The position numbers were made by a program, and so were the translations under genes. DNA of 64,000 nt from Armatimonadota bacterium. Its GTDB lineage: Bacteria > Armatimonadota > Fimbriimonadia > Fimbriimonadales > GBS-DC. Positions 10,147 through 18,573 of this stretch are shown in pieces. Location of the stretch: the NCBI GenBank assembly GCA_037444405.1, contig JBBIML010000009.1, positions 32,001 to 96,000 on the forward strand, given 5' to 3'. The notes under the pieces were generated by a model. It was not told the origin of the DNA. It was given only the letters and a program-made list of their open reading frames with translations, and ran no database searches. Each line of letters opens with the position of its first letter. Within the stretch, counting starts at the first letter, position 1.

Positions 10147-11250
10147 ATGGCGGTGGAGGTTTATCGGGAAGGGGCAGTGGAGTTTCGGTTGCCGCGCGAG
10201 AAGCGGCTGTTTTACAACCCGCGGGCGCGGCTGGGTCGCGATCTGGGCGTGCTGGCGATGCGGGCGGAGGCGGAACGGCTGGAGCGCCCGCTGGAGGTGC
10301 TGGAGCTGATGGCGGGCGCGGGACTGCGCACGCGCCGCTACCTTGCCGAGGCGCCCGTCGCCCACATCGTCGCCAACGACGCCAACTACGACGCCTTCGC
10401 CGTCCTCCAGCAAGCCCTGCAGGGCGAGCCGCGCGCTGAACTGCATAACGAGTTAGCCCAGCGACTGCTCGCCCGATTCTATCTGGAAGACCGCCGATTC
10501 GACTGGATCGACCTTGACCCGTTCGGCTCGCCCGCGCCGTTTGTGGCGTGGACAACGGGCGTCATTCGCTGGGAGGGGCTGCTCTATGTGACGGCGACCG
10601 ACGCACCCGTGCTGTGCGGCGCCCAGCGCGGCGAGGCGATGAAGTCATACGACGCCGTGTCCGCTCTGGGGCGCGAGTGCCACGAGTTCGGGCTGCGAAT
10701 CCTGGTGGGCTTCCTGCAGCGGCGGCTGGTGCAGGCGAATATGCATGGCGTTCCCCTGTTCAGCCTGTTCGATGGCTACTGCTGGCGCGTGCTGATGCGC
10801 GTCTTCAAGGGCACCCGCGCGTTCAACGCCGAACATCTGGGCTTTATCGCGCAGATGCCCGACGGCGAGTATCGGGTGGCGCACGCAGGCGTGCCCGCAC
10901 CCGTGATTCACGAGTATGACCCATCGCAGACGGTGCGCTGGATCGGTCCCCTCTGGCTGAGCTCCCTGCACGACCACGCTTTTCTGGGCGCGATGTTCCG
11001 CCAGGCGCATAAGGAGCATTTCGCGGACGCCCGCCGCATGCTGACCAAACTCAATCGGGAGCTGGACGAGTTGCCGATTGTGTATAGCCTGCCCGCGCTG
11101 GCGGATAAGTTAGACCGTTCGGTGCCGCCGACGCGCGAGGCGGTTCGATTTTTGCGCGAGCAGGGCTACCGCGCCTCGCCCGTGCATCACTCCGGCAACT
11201 CCATCCGCACCGACGCGCCTCTATCGGTGGTGCTGCGCCTGTGGGAGTAA
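10147..11250 (+). CDS. trm1: tRNA (guanine-N2)-(di)methyltransferase, Trm1-like
   Basis: FYNPRARLGRDL, LELMAGAGLRTRRY, VANDAN, FDWIDLDPFGSPAPF, LYVTATD, HEFGLRIL, IGPLW and C-terminal IRTDAP match the Trm1 family. Start could instead be 10138. Confidence 0.8.
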   Translation: MAVEVYREGAVEFRLPREKRLFYNPRARLGRDLGVLAMRAEAERLERPLEVLELMAGAGLRTRRYLAEAPVAHIVANDANYDAFAVLQQALQGEPRAELHNELAQRLLARFYLEDRRFDWIDLDPFGSPAPFVAWTTGVIRWEGLLYVTATDAPVLCGAQRGEAMKSYDAVSALGRECHEFGLRILVGFLQRRLVQANMHGVPLFSLFDGYCWRVLMRVFKGTRAFNAEHLGFIAQMPDGEYRVAHAGVPAPVIHEYDPSQTVRWIGPLWLSSLHDHAFLGAMFRQAHKEHFADARRMLTKLNRELDELPIVYSLPALADKLDRSVPPTREAVRFLREQGYRASPVHHSGNSIRTDAPLSVVLRLWE

Positions 11251-11297
11251 GGTGAGCAATCTTCTGGGGCGGGGACGCCCCAGCCACGCGAAGCCCA

Positions 11298-12539
11298 TCA
11301 CTCACTCAGATGAGCGGGTTCCTGAACGGTTTCCAGCGGTGGCAGGGTGAGGCGGTCGCGCAGGTTGTCCACCGCATGCTGCCACGGGCGCACTTCGTCG
11401 TCCGTCGCGCCGTACAGAATGATGCGGTCGATGAAGGCGTTCTCCTGCAACAGGAAGTCGCTGATGGCATCGATGACGGTCTGGGCGAAGGCATCGCGTG
11501 CCAGACCATCTTCCCATGAGGGCGCGGGTATCAGCAGGGTGCGCATCGCCTGCTCGTGCGCGAGTTGCATCGCGGCGGTGGTCGCCTGATGCAGGGTCTC
11601 GCGCTGCACGGGCGTCTCTTCATCGTGGATGGCAAGATGCACCACCCAGCGGATAGGCAGGTTGCCGCCGGGCGTGTAGGTGGCGCTTCCCGGCGGGATG
11701 GGCGCGACCTCCTTTATCTTTTCACACAGCGGCTTGCCCCCGAACCGGATGAGGGGCGCACCGAGCGACGAGATGGGCACGAACGCCGCGCCGCGCATCA
11801 GCAGCCCTATCGCGTTCAGTTGCGGGTCGGTGAAGTGCCACAGCCCATCGGCGGGGATGGACAGCCAGCCGGGTTTCTTACGCCACCAGCCAGTGGGGGG
11901 CGATTCCTCCACATGCAGCAGCGTATGACGCACGCGCAGCATATAGGGATACGGTTCGAAGCCTGCGTTGGCAATCCAGCCCAGTATCTGCCGATACGCC
12001 CAGGCGTTCGCTGGCTCGAAGCAGAGCAGGCGAAAACGGCGGATGCTCTCCGGGCGGTGGTGCGCTATCACTTCGGCGAGCGTCCATGCGGTCTCTTCGG
12101 CGAAGGCGCGGCGCAGGTCGGGCGTGTAGTCGGCGATGGCGACGGTACGGGCATTGAGTTCGGCGGCTTTTTCGAGCGCGGCGGTCAGCGCATTCCGCTG
12201 CAGCTCGGCGGAGGTGGTCTGCTGCTCGTCAAAGATGTTCACATGCAGGATGTTTTTGAAGCGGGTGCGTCCGCCGCTGGTGCTGGCGACCCCTTTTGGG
12301 GGCAGGGGCGCCAGGCGCACCGCTTCGTCCTCCACCAGATTGAACGCCGCCAGGTCGCACACCCACTTGCGGACGCCCTTCACCATACGGAGCGTCTGGT
12401 CAGCGGCTAAGATCAGCGCGTCGGCGGGCAGACGGTGCAGGCTGGTGTGCGCAAAGGCGTATAGTTCGACCGTCGCGCCGCCAATCTCATAGCGGGCAAT
12501 CGGCGCCATCCGTGTCAGCCATGGATGTTGCTGCTGCAT
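11298..12539 (-). CDS. Protein with two divergent Macro-like domains
   Basis: ADALILAAD...APLPPKGVASTSGGRTRFKNILH and APIPPGSATYTPGGNLPIRWVVH resemble Macro folds. GGAGG precedes ATG 12539. Confidence 0.65.
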   Translation of the reverse strand: MQQQHPWLTRMAPIARYEIGGATVELYAFAHTSLHRLPADALILAADQTLRMVKGVRKWVCDLAAFNLVEDEAVRLAPLPPKGVASTSGGRTRFKNILHVNIFDEQQTTSAELQRNALTAALEKAAELNARTVAIADYTPDLRRAFAEETAWTLAEVIAHHRPESIRRFRLLCFEPANAWAYRQILGWIANAGFEPYPYMLRVRHTLLHVEESPPTGWWRKKPGWLSIPADGLWHFTDPQLNAIGLLMRGAAFVPISSLGAPLIRFGGKPLCEKIKEVAPIPPGSATYTPGGNLPIRWVVHLAIHDEETPVQRETLHQATTAAMQLAHEQAMRTLLIPAPSWEDGLARDAFAQTVIDAISDFLLQENAFIDRIILYGATDDEVRPWQHAVDNLRDRLTLPPLETVQEPAHLSE

Positions 12540-12601
12540 CGTCCACACCTCCTCTTTTTGGAAGCGAGGCTTCCGCACTCCAGATGCTCCGCTTCCGTCG
12601 G

Positions 12602-13189
12602 TCATTCATCGGGTTGAATCTGGGCGGCGAGCAGCACGGCTTCGGCGACCTCCACGAGGCTTTTACCCGTGCTTTCGGCGGTCGCCTGCAGGCGTCGGAA
12701 CGCCTCTGGCTCCGAGAGACCGAGCTGCTGCATCAGCACGCGCTTCGCTCGCCCGATTTTACGCCGCGCCTGCATCTCCTGCTGCAGGTTCACCAGCTGC
12801 TGCTCAATTGCGCGCAGCTCGCGGAATCGGCTGATGGCAATCTGGATGGCGGGCGCAAGGTCCGCCTCGCGGAAGGGCTTGACCAGATAGGCAATCGCGC
12901 CTGCCTGATCCGCGCCCTCAATCATCGCCGGCTCGCTGTAGGCGGTCAGAATCAGCACGGGCGCTAACCGCTCTCTGGAAAGCTGTTTCGCCAGCTCGAT
13001 GCCGTCCATGCCGGGCATCATGATGTCGACGATGGCGAGATCGGGCTTGAGCGTGCGCGTCAGGTGGAGCGCGGTCTCGCCGTTATCGGCTTCGCCGACG
13101 ACCGTGTGCCCCATCGATTCGAGCATCGCCCGCAAATCCATGCGGATCACAGGTTCATCGTCCGCAATCAGAATCCGATAGCTGTTCAT
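12602..13189 (-). CDS. REC-ANTAR response regulator (PdtaR/AmiR-like)
   Basis: ILIADDE, IVDIMMPGMDG, YLVKP, then ANTAR-type RKIGRAKRVLMQQLGLSEPEAFRRLQ. ATG 13189 overlaps the upstream stop (ATGA). Confidence 0.92.
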   Translation of the reverse strand: MNSYRILIADDEPVIRMDLRAMLESMGHTVVGEADNGETALHLTRTLKPDLAIVDIMMPGMDGIELAKQLSRERLAPVLILTAYSEPAMIEGADQAGAIAYLVKPFREADLAPAIQIAISRFRELRAIEQQLVNLQQEMQARRKIGRAKRVLMQQLGLSEPEAFRRLQATAESTGKSLVEVAEAVLLAAQIQPDE

Positions 13190-14268
13190 TCGCTGAAAAT
13201 CACCTCCAGCTGCTGGGACGGCAGCAGTTCGCGCAGGCGTTCGGCAAGGACACGGGTGCCGGGCAGCTCGGTCTCGCGATGCCCCGCTTCGATCAGCACG
13301 ATGTCGTGCGCCCATGCCTCCCATGTGTGGTGGTGGCGCACCTCGCCCGTGAGCAGGGCATCGGCGTGCGCAGCGCGTGCCGCTGGCAGGTAGTCGCCAC
13401 CGGAGCCGCCGACCACCATCAGCGTGCGCACAATCGCGCCCGGCTTGCCATAGAGCCGCACATGCGGGTTGCCGAGCCGTTCGGCAGCGTAGGTGCGTAA
13501 CTCTTCCGCTCGCATCGGGCGCGGCAACCGCCCCACGCGCCCCAGCGGGTAGGGCTGCGGGGTGTGCAGAGGATAGACATCGTAGGCGACCTCCTCATAC
13601 GGATGCGCCTGTAGCATCGCCTGAATGACCGCCTGCAGCCGATGGGACGGCACCAGCACCTCCAGGCGCATCTCCTGAATATGCTCGCGTCGCCCGACCG
13701 CGCCCTGATAGGGGTTCGCGCCCGGTTGCGGCTCGTAGGTGCCCGTGCCAGGCTGATAGAAGGCGCAGCGCCGGTAGAGTCCGATTTCGCCTGCGCCCGC
13801 TGCCGCCATCCGATCCAGCACCGCATCTAAATGTTCGGGCGGTACGAAGGTGACGAGCTTGAACTGTTGCACTTCGGCGCCATCGCCGGCAGGGCGCACC
13901 TCTTCCAGACCCAGCTGCACAGCGAGCGCGTCGTTGATGCCGCCTGACGCACAGTCCCAGTTCGTATGCACGGCGATATGCGCCATCCGTGCGGCGCAGA
14001 GCTGCTGCAGCGCGCTACCGACCGGCTGATCGTAGCGCACCGCGCTCAGCGGGCGATAGATCAGTGGATGATGCGTGATGAGCAACTGGCAGTTATGATA
14101 GACGGCTTTGGTGACGGTGCGCGGGTCGGCATCCAGCGCGACCATCAGCCGCTCGACCTCCAGCTCGGGCGAACCGACCTGCAAGCCTGTCGGGTCGCCG
14201 GGCAACGCGAGCGCCGACGGCGCTATCTGCTCAATCGCGTTCAGCACATCCCGCACCCGTATCGCCAT
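13186..14268 (-). CDS. Nif3-like dinuclear metal centre protein (YqfO/YbgI family)
   Basis: D.TGLQVG, LITHHPL, HTNWD, AHPYEEVAYD, GEVRHH, GHRETE. Confidence 0.93.
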   Translation of the reverse strand: MAIRVRDVLNAIEQIAPSALALPGDPTGLQVGSPELEVERLMVALDADPRTVTKAVYHNCQLLITHHPLIYRPLSAVRYDQPVGSALQQLCAARMAHIAVHTNWDCASGGINDALAVQLGLEEVRPAGDGAEVQQFKLVTFVPPEHLDAVLDRMAAAGAGEIGLYRRCAFYQPGTGTYEPQPGANPYQGAVGRREHIQEMRLEVLVPSHRLQAVIQAMLQAHPYEEVAYDVYPLHTPQPYPLGRVGRLPRPMRAEELRTYAAERLGNPHVRLYGKPGAIVRTLMVVGGSGGDYLPAARAAHADALLTGEVRHHHTWEAWAHDIVLIEAGHRETELPGTRVLAERLRELLPSQQLEVIFSE

Positions 14269-14327
14269 CCCGCAGAGATTTTACCTGTCCGCCGCGCCAG
14301 CAGGTATACTCTGTGCGGTGATGCCCG

Positions 14328-14888
14328 ATGAGTAAAGCCGCTGCCACAAAGCCGAAACGGGGGCGCAAACTTACCGAGGAGCAGTTCCTGCGCCTGCCCG
14401 ACGATGGACGCAAGTACGAACTGGTCGACAAGGAGGCAAAGGAAGTGCCCGCAGGGCACGAACACGATGTGATTGGAGCAGGATTGATTGCACGATTGGT
14501 GCCTGTTGCGAAGGAACGCGGCTATGTGGCAGGTTCACAGGCGGGTTTCCGCATGACCAACGGCAACATTCGCAGCCCCGATGTCGCCTTCACCCTCAAG
14601 GAGCGACTGCCCGACGGCAAACCCTCTAAAGGCTTTGAAACGGGCGCGCCCGACCTCGCGATTGAGATTGTCTCACCGAATGAGGACATTGCCGATCTGT
14701 TGCGCAAGATAGGGGAGTATTTTGCGTCGGGGGCGCAGCAGGTGTGGTTGCTGTTTCCGGAGACGCGCACGGTGAAGGTGTATAGTTCGCCGTTTGATGT
14801 GCGCACGCTGGTGGGGGACGACGAGTTGACGGGTGGTGACCTGTTGCCCGATTTTCGGTGCAAAGTGCAGGAGCTGTTTGAGGTCTGA
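14328..14888 (+). CDS. Uma2 (DUF820) family endonuclease-fold protein
   Basis: KYELVD, RSPDVAF, APDLAIEIVSPNE, KIGEYFASGAQQVWL, LTGGDLLPDF. Confidence 0.9.
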   Translation: MSKAAATKPKRGRKLTEEQFLRLPDDGRKYELVDKEAKEVPAGHEHDVIGAGLIARLVPVAKERGYVAGSQAGFRMTNGNIRSPDVAFTLKERLPDGKPSKGFETGAPDLAIEIVSPNEDIADLLRKIGEYFASGAQQVWLLFPETRTVKVYSSPFDVRTLVGDDELTGGDLLPDFRCKVQELFEV

Positions 14889-14909
14889 ATCATATCCAAG
14901 TTGAAGCAA

Positions 14910-15362
14910 TCAGTTGTTAAATAGTCTTTTTATAAGGATAGGGACAGCGAAAAAGCATAATAAAAAGAAATATGAACAAATAAAGATATAGTGAAGGATA
15001 AACCACTCTCTGCTTTCAAAACCAAAATTCAAAAATTTGTAGTAAAACCATCCAGATATAAAGATGAACAAAATCAAAACAACTGTTCTTAATTTTAAAT
15101 CTATTGATTTTATTATATAAGCAATAAAAATTCCCCAGATAAGCCAGAAGAGCCAATCGAAGAGGTTGCGGCTGGAATAAATCGAAGCCCATAGAAGAAC
15201 CTCAAACTCATCTTCAGGGTGTGCATAGCCTGGTCTTCTTGGCGTCAGAAGATATGCTATAGAGCCAACTATAAACGAAGGAATGAAGACTGTTAATTTT
15301 GCTAAAGCAATACCAATCACAGTTCGCAAATAGTAGTTGTTAAAACTTATTTTCATCTGCAT
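14910..15362 (-). CDS. Small AT-rich integral membrane protein (about 4 TM), unknown function
   Basis: 150-aa ORF with several hydrophobic segments, starting 3 nt after the upstream stop; last gene of the AT-rich cassette. Confidence 0.7.
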   Translation of the reverse strand: MQMKISFNNYYLRTVIGIALAKLTVFIPSFIVGSIAYLLTPRRPGYAHPEDEFEVLLWASIYSSRNLFDWLFWLIWGIFIAYIIKSIDLKLRTVVLILFIFISGWFYYKFLNFGFESREWFILHYIFICSYFFLLCFFAVPILIKRLFNN

Positions 15363-15365
15363 CCC

Positions 15366-16061
15366 TCACTCATCTTGAAATCGTCCACAACCACAATAGC
15401 CAAATCCAAGCTGTTCGGGGCATGGCGCATCCGTAACATATTGCCAATATGAGCGGTAGCCTCTTTCTCCGCATTGAGTTATGGGAACACCCTGTGGAAC
15501 ACGCTGCACAGAGCCATCCTTACGCAAACGCAGGATTAAACCGCCATCGTACCATGTTTCAGCGTCTACGGTCTCACTGAAGGTCCCCAGCTTGTCACCG
15601 TGCAGCAAGCAATAAGCAACTCCATGATTTGGATCTCGCTCTTCGAGCAGCCTCCTAAAAGCAAGGCACTGACGATACAAAGGCTGACGAGGATAGCATA
15701 CAGGATGGAGAATATAGTGAAAACTAATTGCAAATCCTGCCATTCTCGACTCATCTAGATTTCCACCTCGTGTTTTTGAGGATGACGCCCATGGATCTAA
15801 GGGGCACACAAAAACATCTTTCGACTTTGCATAGGAAGAATACCTGTGTAATCTTGGAGCCAGTTCTTGATAATCTGAAAGATAGAGATTAATAGATGAA
15901 CCAATTTGATGGAGATTGCTTATGCAAGAAGCTTCAAGCGAGCGCTTGCGTGCTGCATTCAATACAGGTAGCAGTAATCCTAATATTAAAACGATAATTA
16001 CCACTACAATCAACAACTCCAGCAGAGTAATTCCCTTACCGCGCATTTTTTTCTCCTCCAT
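15366..16061 (-). CDS. Prepilin-type N-terminal cleavage/methylation protein (DUF1559-like pseudopilin)
   Basis: KG|ITLLELLIVVVIIVLILGLLLPVLNAARKRS...CISNLHQIG, FVCPLD. Start 16061 or 16046. Confidence 0.85.
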   Translation of the reverse strand: MEEKKMRGKGITLLELLIVVVIIVLILGLLLPVLNAARKRSLEASCISNLHQIGSSINLYLSDYQELAPRLHRYSSYAKSKDVFVCPLDPWASSSKTRGGNLDESRMAGFAISFHYILHPVCYPRQPLYRQCLAFRRLLEERDPNHGVAYCLLHGDKLGTFSETVDAETWYDGGLILRLRKDGSVQRVPQGVPITQCGERGYRSYWQYVTDAPCPEQLGFGYCGCGRFQDE

Positions 16062-16092
16062 AGTAATTTAGCTGTAAATCTCGTATTATATT

Positions 16093-16752
16093 TTAATAGC
16101 AGTTTTCGGAGCATATCTCGGTTGGACACGGCACATCTGTAAACAGATTCCAGCGATCGCGTATGGCACTGGAAGTGTTATCGGCTGGATCAATACAGGG
16201 GCGCAGGTAGGTGTGCGCGCGCTGAATGGAACCATCCATACGTGTGCGTAAAGTAAGCCCCTCACAACAGGTTTCTACTGAAGGCGGGATCGAATACCGA
16301 CATCCAGAACGACAAGTACCATGTAACAAGCAAGCCAGCAATCCATGATTTGAGTCTCTCTGAGGCATGAGTTCAATTAATTTTTCATATCTGCCTACAG
16401 GATCAGCGAAATAGAAGTAGCTGAGACTGATTGAATGCTCTCGGGCATACAGATTGCCGCCTCCAAACCAGTTGACTCCACCAAATTCCCTTGCATGATC
16501 GTAAGGGCAAAGGAAGACTTCACGATTTCTGATGTATGGATAGGTATACTGGGCAAAAGGTGGAAAATCACCATGATCTTGGCGATACATTAGAAGCGCA
16601 CTGACTATCTGCCTCATATTGCTAATGCATTGTGTTTCATGTGCTTTATGACGTGAAGCAACAATCACTGGCATCAATAATGCTGCCAATAAGGCGATGA
16701 TGAGTATAACAACCAGAATCTCTATCAGGCTGATTCCATCAATTCTTCTCAT
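16093..16752 (-). CDS. Prepilin-type N-terminal cleavage/methylation protein (paralogue of 15366..16061)
   Basis: DG|ISLIEILVVILIIALLAALLMPV...CISNMRQI, FLCPYD. GGAG before ATG 16752. Confidence 0.85.
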   Translation of the reverse strand: MRRIDGISLIEILVVILIIALLAALLMPVIVASRHKAHETQCISNMRQIVSALLMYRQDHGDFPPFAQYTYPYIRNREVFLCPYDHAREFGGVNWFGGGNLYAREHSISLSYFYFADPVGRYEKLIELMPQRDSNHGLLACLLHGTCRSGCRYSIPPSVETCCEGLTLRTRMDGSIQRAHTYLRPCIDPADNTSSAIRDRWNLFTDVPCPTEICSENCY

Positions 16753-17272
16753 AATTGTCTCCCAAATAATTTCCAATATATTTTTTATAATTTTCAAATA
16801 ATTTGTATATTATGAACATTGAAAAACAAAAAGCAAAAGCATAAAAAATATTAAATAATACATTTAAGATAAGCAGATCGTGTGCTACATCGGGTTCAGA
16901 AGCAAATCGACGTGGGATTGTAGCTGTAGCAACTATTTTTCTGGAAAGAAAAATCAAGCCCGATGCTGCCATATAGAAATAGAAAACGACTTGAGAGGAA
17001 CTGGATGACTCTTGTCGGTTGTAGCCCCAGATAGCAGCTATCCCACCAAAAATCAGACACAAAATCACCTCGTAAGGGGAGACACTTATGGACAAACTCA
17101 GGTAATTCACAAAATTTATATAAAAATCGGAGATGCTATACTTGCGTAAGAAACTATAAAAGCCTGCAAGAAATGATACTATAATAAAGGTAAAAATAGA
17201 TGCTAAGATACCACCTGCTAAACCACACAGGGCATTGCTCAACCATTTACCGCGCAGTATCGTGGTTCGCAT
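16739..17272 (-). CDS. AT-rich integral membrane protein (about 4 TM), unknown function
   Basis: GAGGTG precedes ATG 17272 (MRTTILRGKW); four hydrophobic stretches; overlaps the next start. Confidence 0.7.
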   Translation of the reverse strand: MRTTILRGKWLSNALCGLAGGILASIFTFIIVSFLAGFYSFLRKYSISDFYINFVNYLSLSISVSPYEVILCLIFGGIAAIWGYNRQESSSSSQVVFYFYMAASGLIFLSRKIVATATIPRRFASEPDVAHDLLILNVLFNIFYAFAFCFSMFIIYKLFENYKKYIGNYLGDNYEKN

Positions 17273-17284
17273 AAAGCCACCTCT

Positions 17285-17321
17285 TTGTGGTTCCCCTACC
17301 GACAAGGTAGGGGAACCACAA
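17285..17321. terminator. Perfect 16-bp intercistronic stem-loop (attenuator or mRNA-stabilising hairpin)
   Basis: ttgtggttcccctacc-gacaa-ggtaggggaaccacaa immediately downstream of the Cys-rich gene stop; no U-tract on the minus strand. Confidence 0.7.
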
Positions 17322-17324
17322 GTT

Positions 17325-17873
17325 CTAAGGGAACGAAGGCACACCTTGCCAATTACAAAGAATCTGACCCGGTGCACCTCCATTACAGGGTGGTATATCT
17401 GTGCGTCGACAGCAATCTCCCGGGCGCGGCACCCATCCATCACACCAGACATACTGAGTACCATCTGAACACGTCCATATGTACTTGTTGCGCGTGTGCT
17501 TGGTGTTTGCGTACTCAGTGCCATCTGAAGCCCTACAAAACATAGGCAAGCAACCCCACTTTGTAATGGGACCTTCTCGCACGCAGGTCGCATCGGGACA
17601 GGGAGGCTGTGGGAAGATTGGAATGGGTAAGGGAGATTGACCCGGGTTACCCAGTTGCCTGTTCCTACGTAGAATTGCCCTGATCTTCACAGGGTCAGGG
17701 CGGCTTAGAGTGTCACGACATTCGCATTCAGATTGAGACATGTTTGTCGAACCAGTCAACAATTTACCCCCCCCGCTCAGTTCGGCGAGGGCGGCGAGGG
17801 TGTTGGGCAGCGCCACGAGATTGGCAATCAACAACGCACCTGCGTTCATCCACAGCATCTTTCGTCGGCTCAT
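17325..17873 (-). CDS. Secreted Cys-rich protein (182 aa, 12 Cys) with a leader ending ELSGGG
   Basis: AGGAGG precedes ATG 17873. MSRRKMLWMNAGALLIANLVALPNTLAALAELSGGG is followed by a Cys/Pro-rich body with an internal SDGT.Y repeat. Confidence 0.75.
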   Translation of the reverse strand: MSRRKMLWMNAGALLIANLVALPNTLAALAELSGGGKLLTGSTNMSQSECECRDTLSRPDPVKIRAILRRNRQLGNPGQSPLPIPIFPQPPCPDATCVREGPITKWGCLPMFCRASDGTEYANTKHTRNKYIWTCSDGTQYVWCDGWVPRPGDCCRRTDIPPCNGGAPGQILCNWQGVPSFP

Positions 17874-18450
17874 CGCTCTGTCCCTCCTGACTCGTCTGTG
17901 TGAGAGATGACACCTGGGCATCATCTCCACTATTATTAACACCGCAAACCCTCCAATCGTCGCATCCAGAACAACAGTTCCGACGAACTGTCTCCACACC
18001 ACGCTGAAAGCGCATCTTCGCCGCGCTCGCCGAAATGCCTAATTGCAAGGCAATCTCGTCCCAGCTATAACCCGCCTCCAGCAGGTCGTAAATCGCCTGC
18101 GCGGCGGCAGGCAGCTGCTGGTAGAGCCACTGCTCCTCCAGATGCGCTATCGCCTCGCCTTCAGGGTCTGAAAGGAACGCCGCCGGCTGTGCCCAGCGCG
18201 CCAGCGCCTCCTGCTCGCGTCGACGCGACCGCCATAAGTTCAGCACCTGCCGGCGCACGGTTAGATGGAGGATGTTGTCAGGCAGCCCATCGAGGAACGC
18301 CTCCAGCTCAGCTTCCGAAGCGTCAGGATGATGGCGCCGATAGGCTTTCAGCAGGCGAACCAGGCTCTCCTGCAGAATGTCTTCCGCATCGGACTGGCTC
18401 AGCTCGTAACGGCGAGTGATCCATCGTATCCACGGTTCCCACACTTTCAT
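17764..18450 (-). CDS. ECF-type RNA polymerase sigma factor
   Basis: Region 2 DAEDILQESLVRL; region 4 LPAAAQAIYDLLEAGYSWDEIALQLGISASAAKMRFQRG; GGGGAG upstream. The C-terminal tail overlaps the next gene. Confidence 0.85.
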   Translation of the reverse strand: MKVWEPWIRWITRRYELSQSDAEDILQESLVRLLKAYRRHHPDASEAELEAFLDGLPDNILHLTVRRQVLNLWRSRRREQEALARWAQPAAFLSDPEGEAIAHLEEQWLYQQLPAAAQAIYDLLEAGYSWDEIALQLGISASAAKMRFQRGVETVRRNCCSGCDDWRVCGVNNSGDDAQVSSLTQTSQEGQSDEPTKDAVDERRCVVDCQSRGAAQHPRRPRRTERGG

Positions 18451-18573
18451 CGTGACTCCCCCTTCGCTCTATTGATTCGTGCGATTGGCAGGCGATTCCT
18501 GCTTTATGTGCGCTTTTCGGGGAGGAAATGAGGTATTATAAGGCAGGTGAGTATCACCGCTGGAGGGATCACG

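Noticed and set aside
17325..17873. Classical double-glycine RiPP precursor
   Set aside because: The leader is hydrophobic and signal-like, and no modifying enzyme or C39 peptidase-ABC exporter is nearby.
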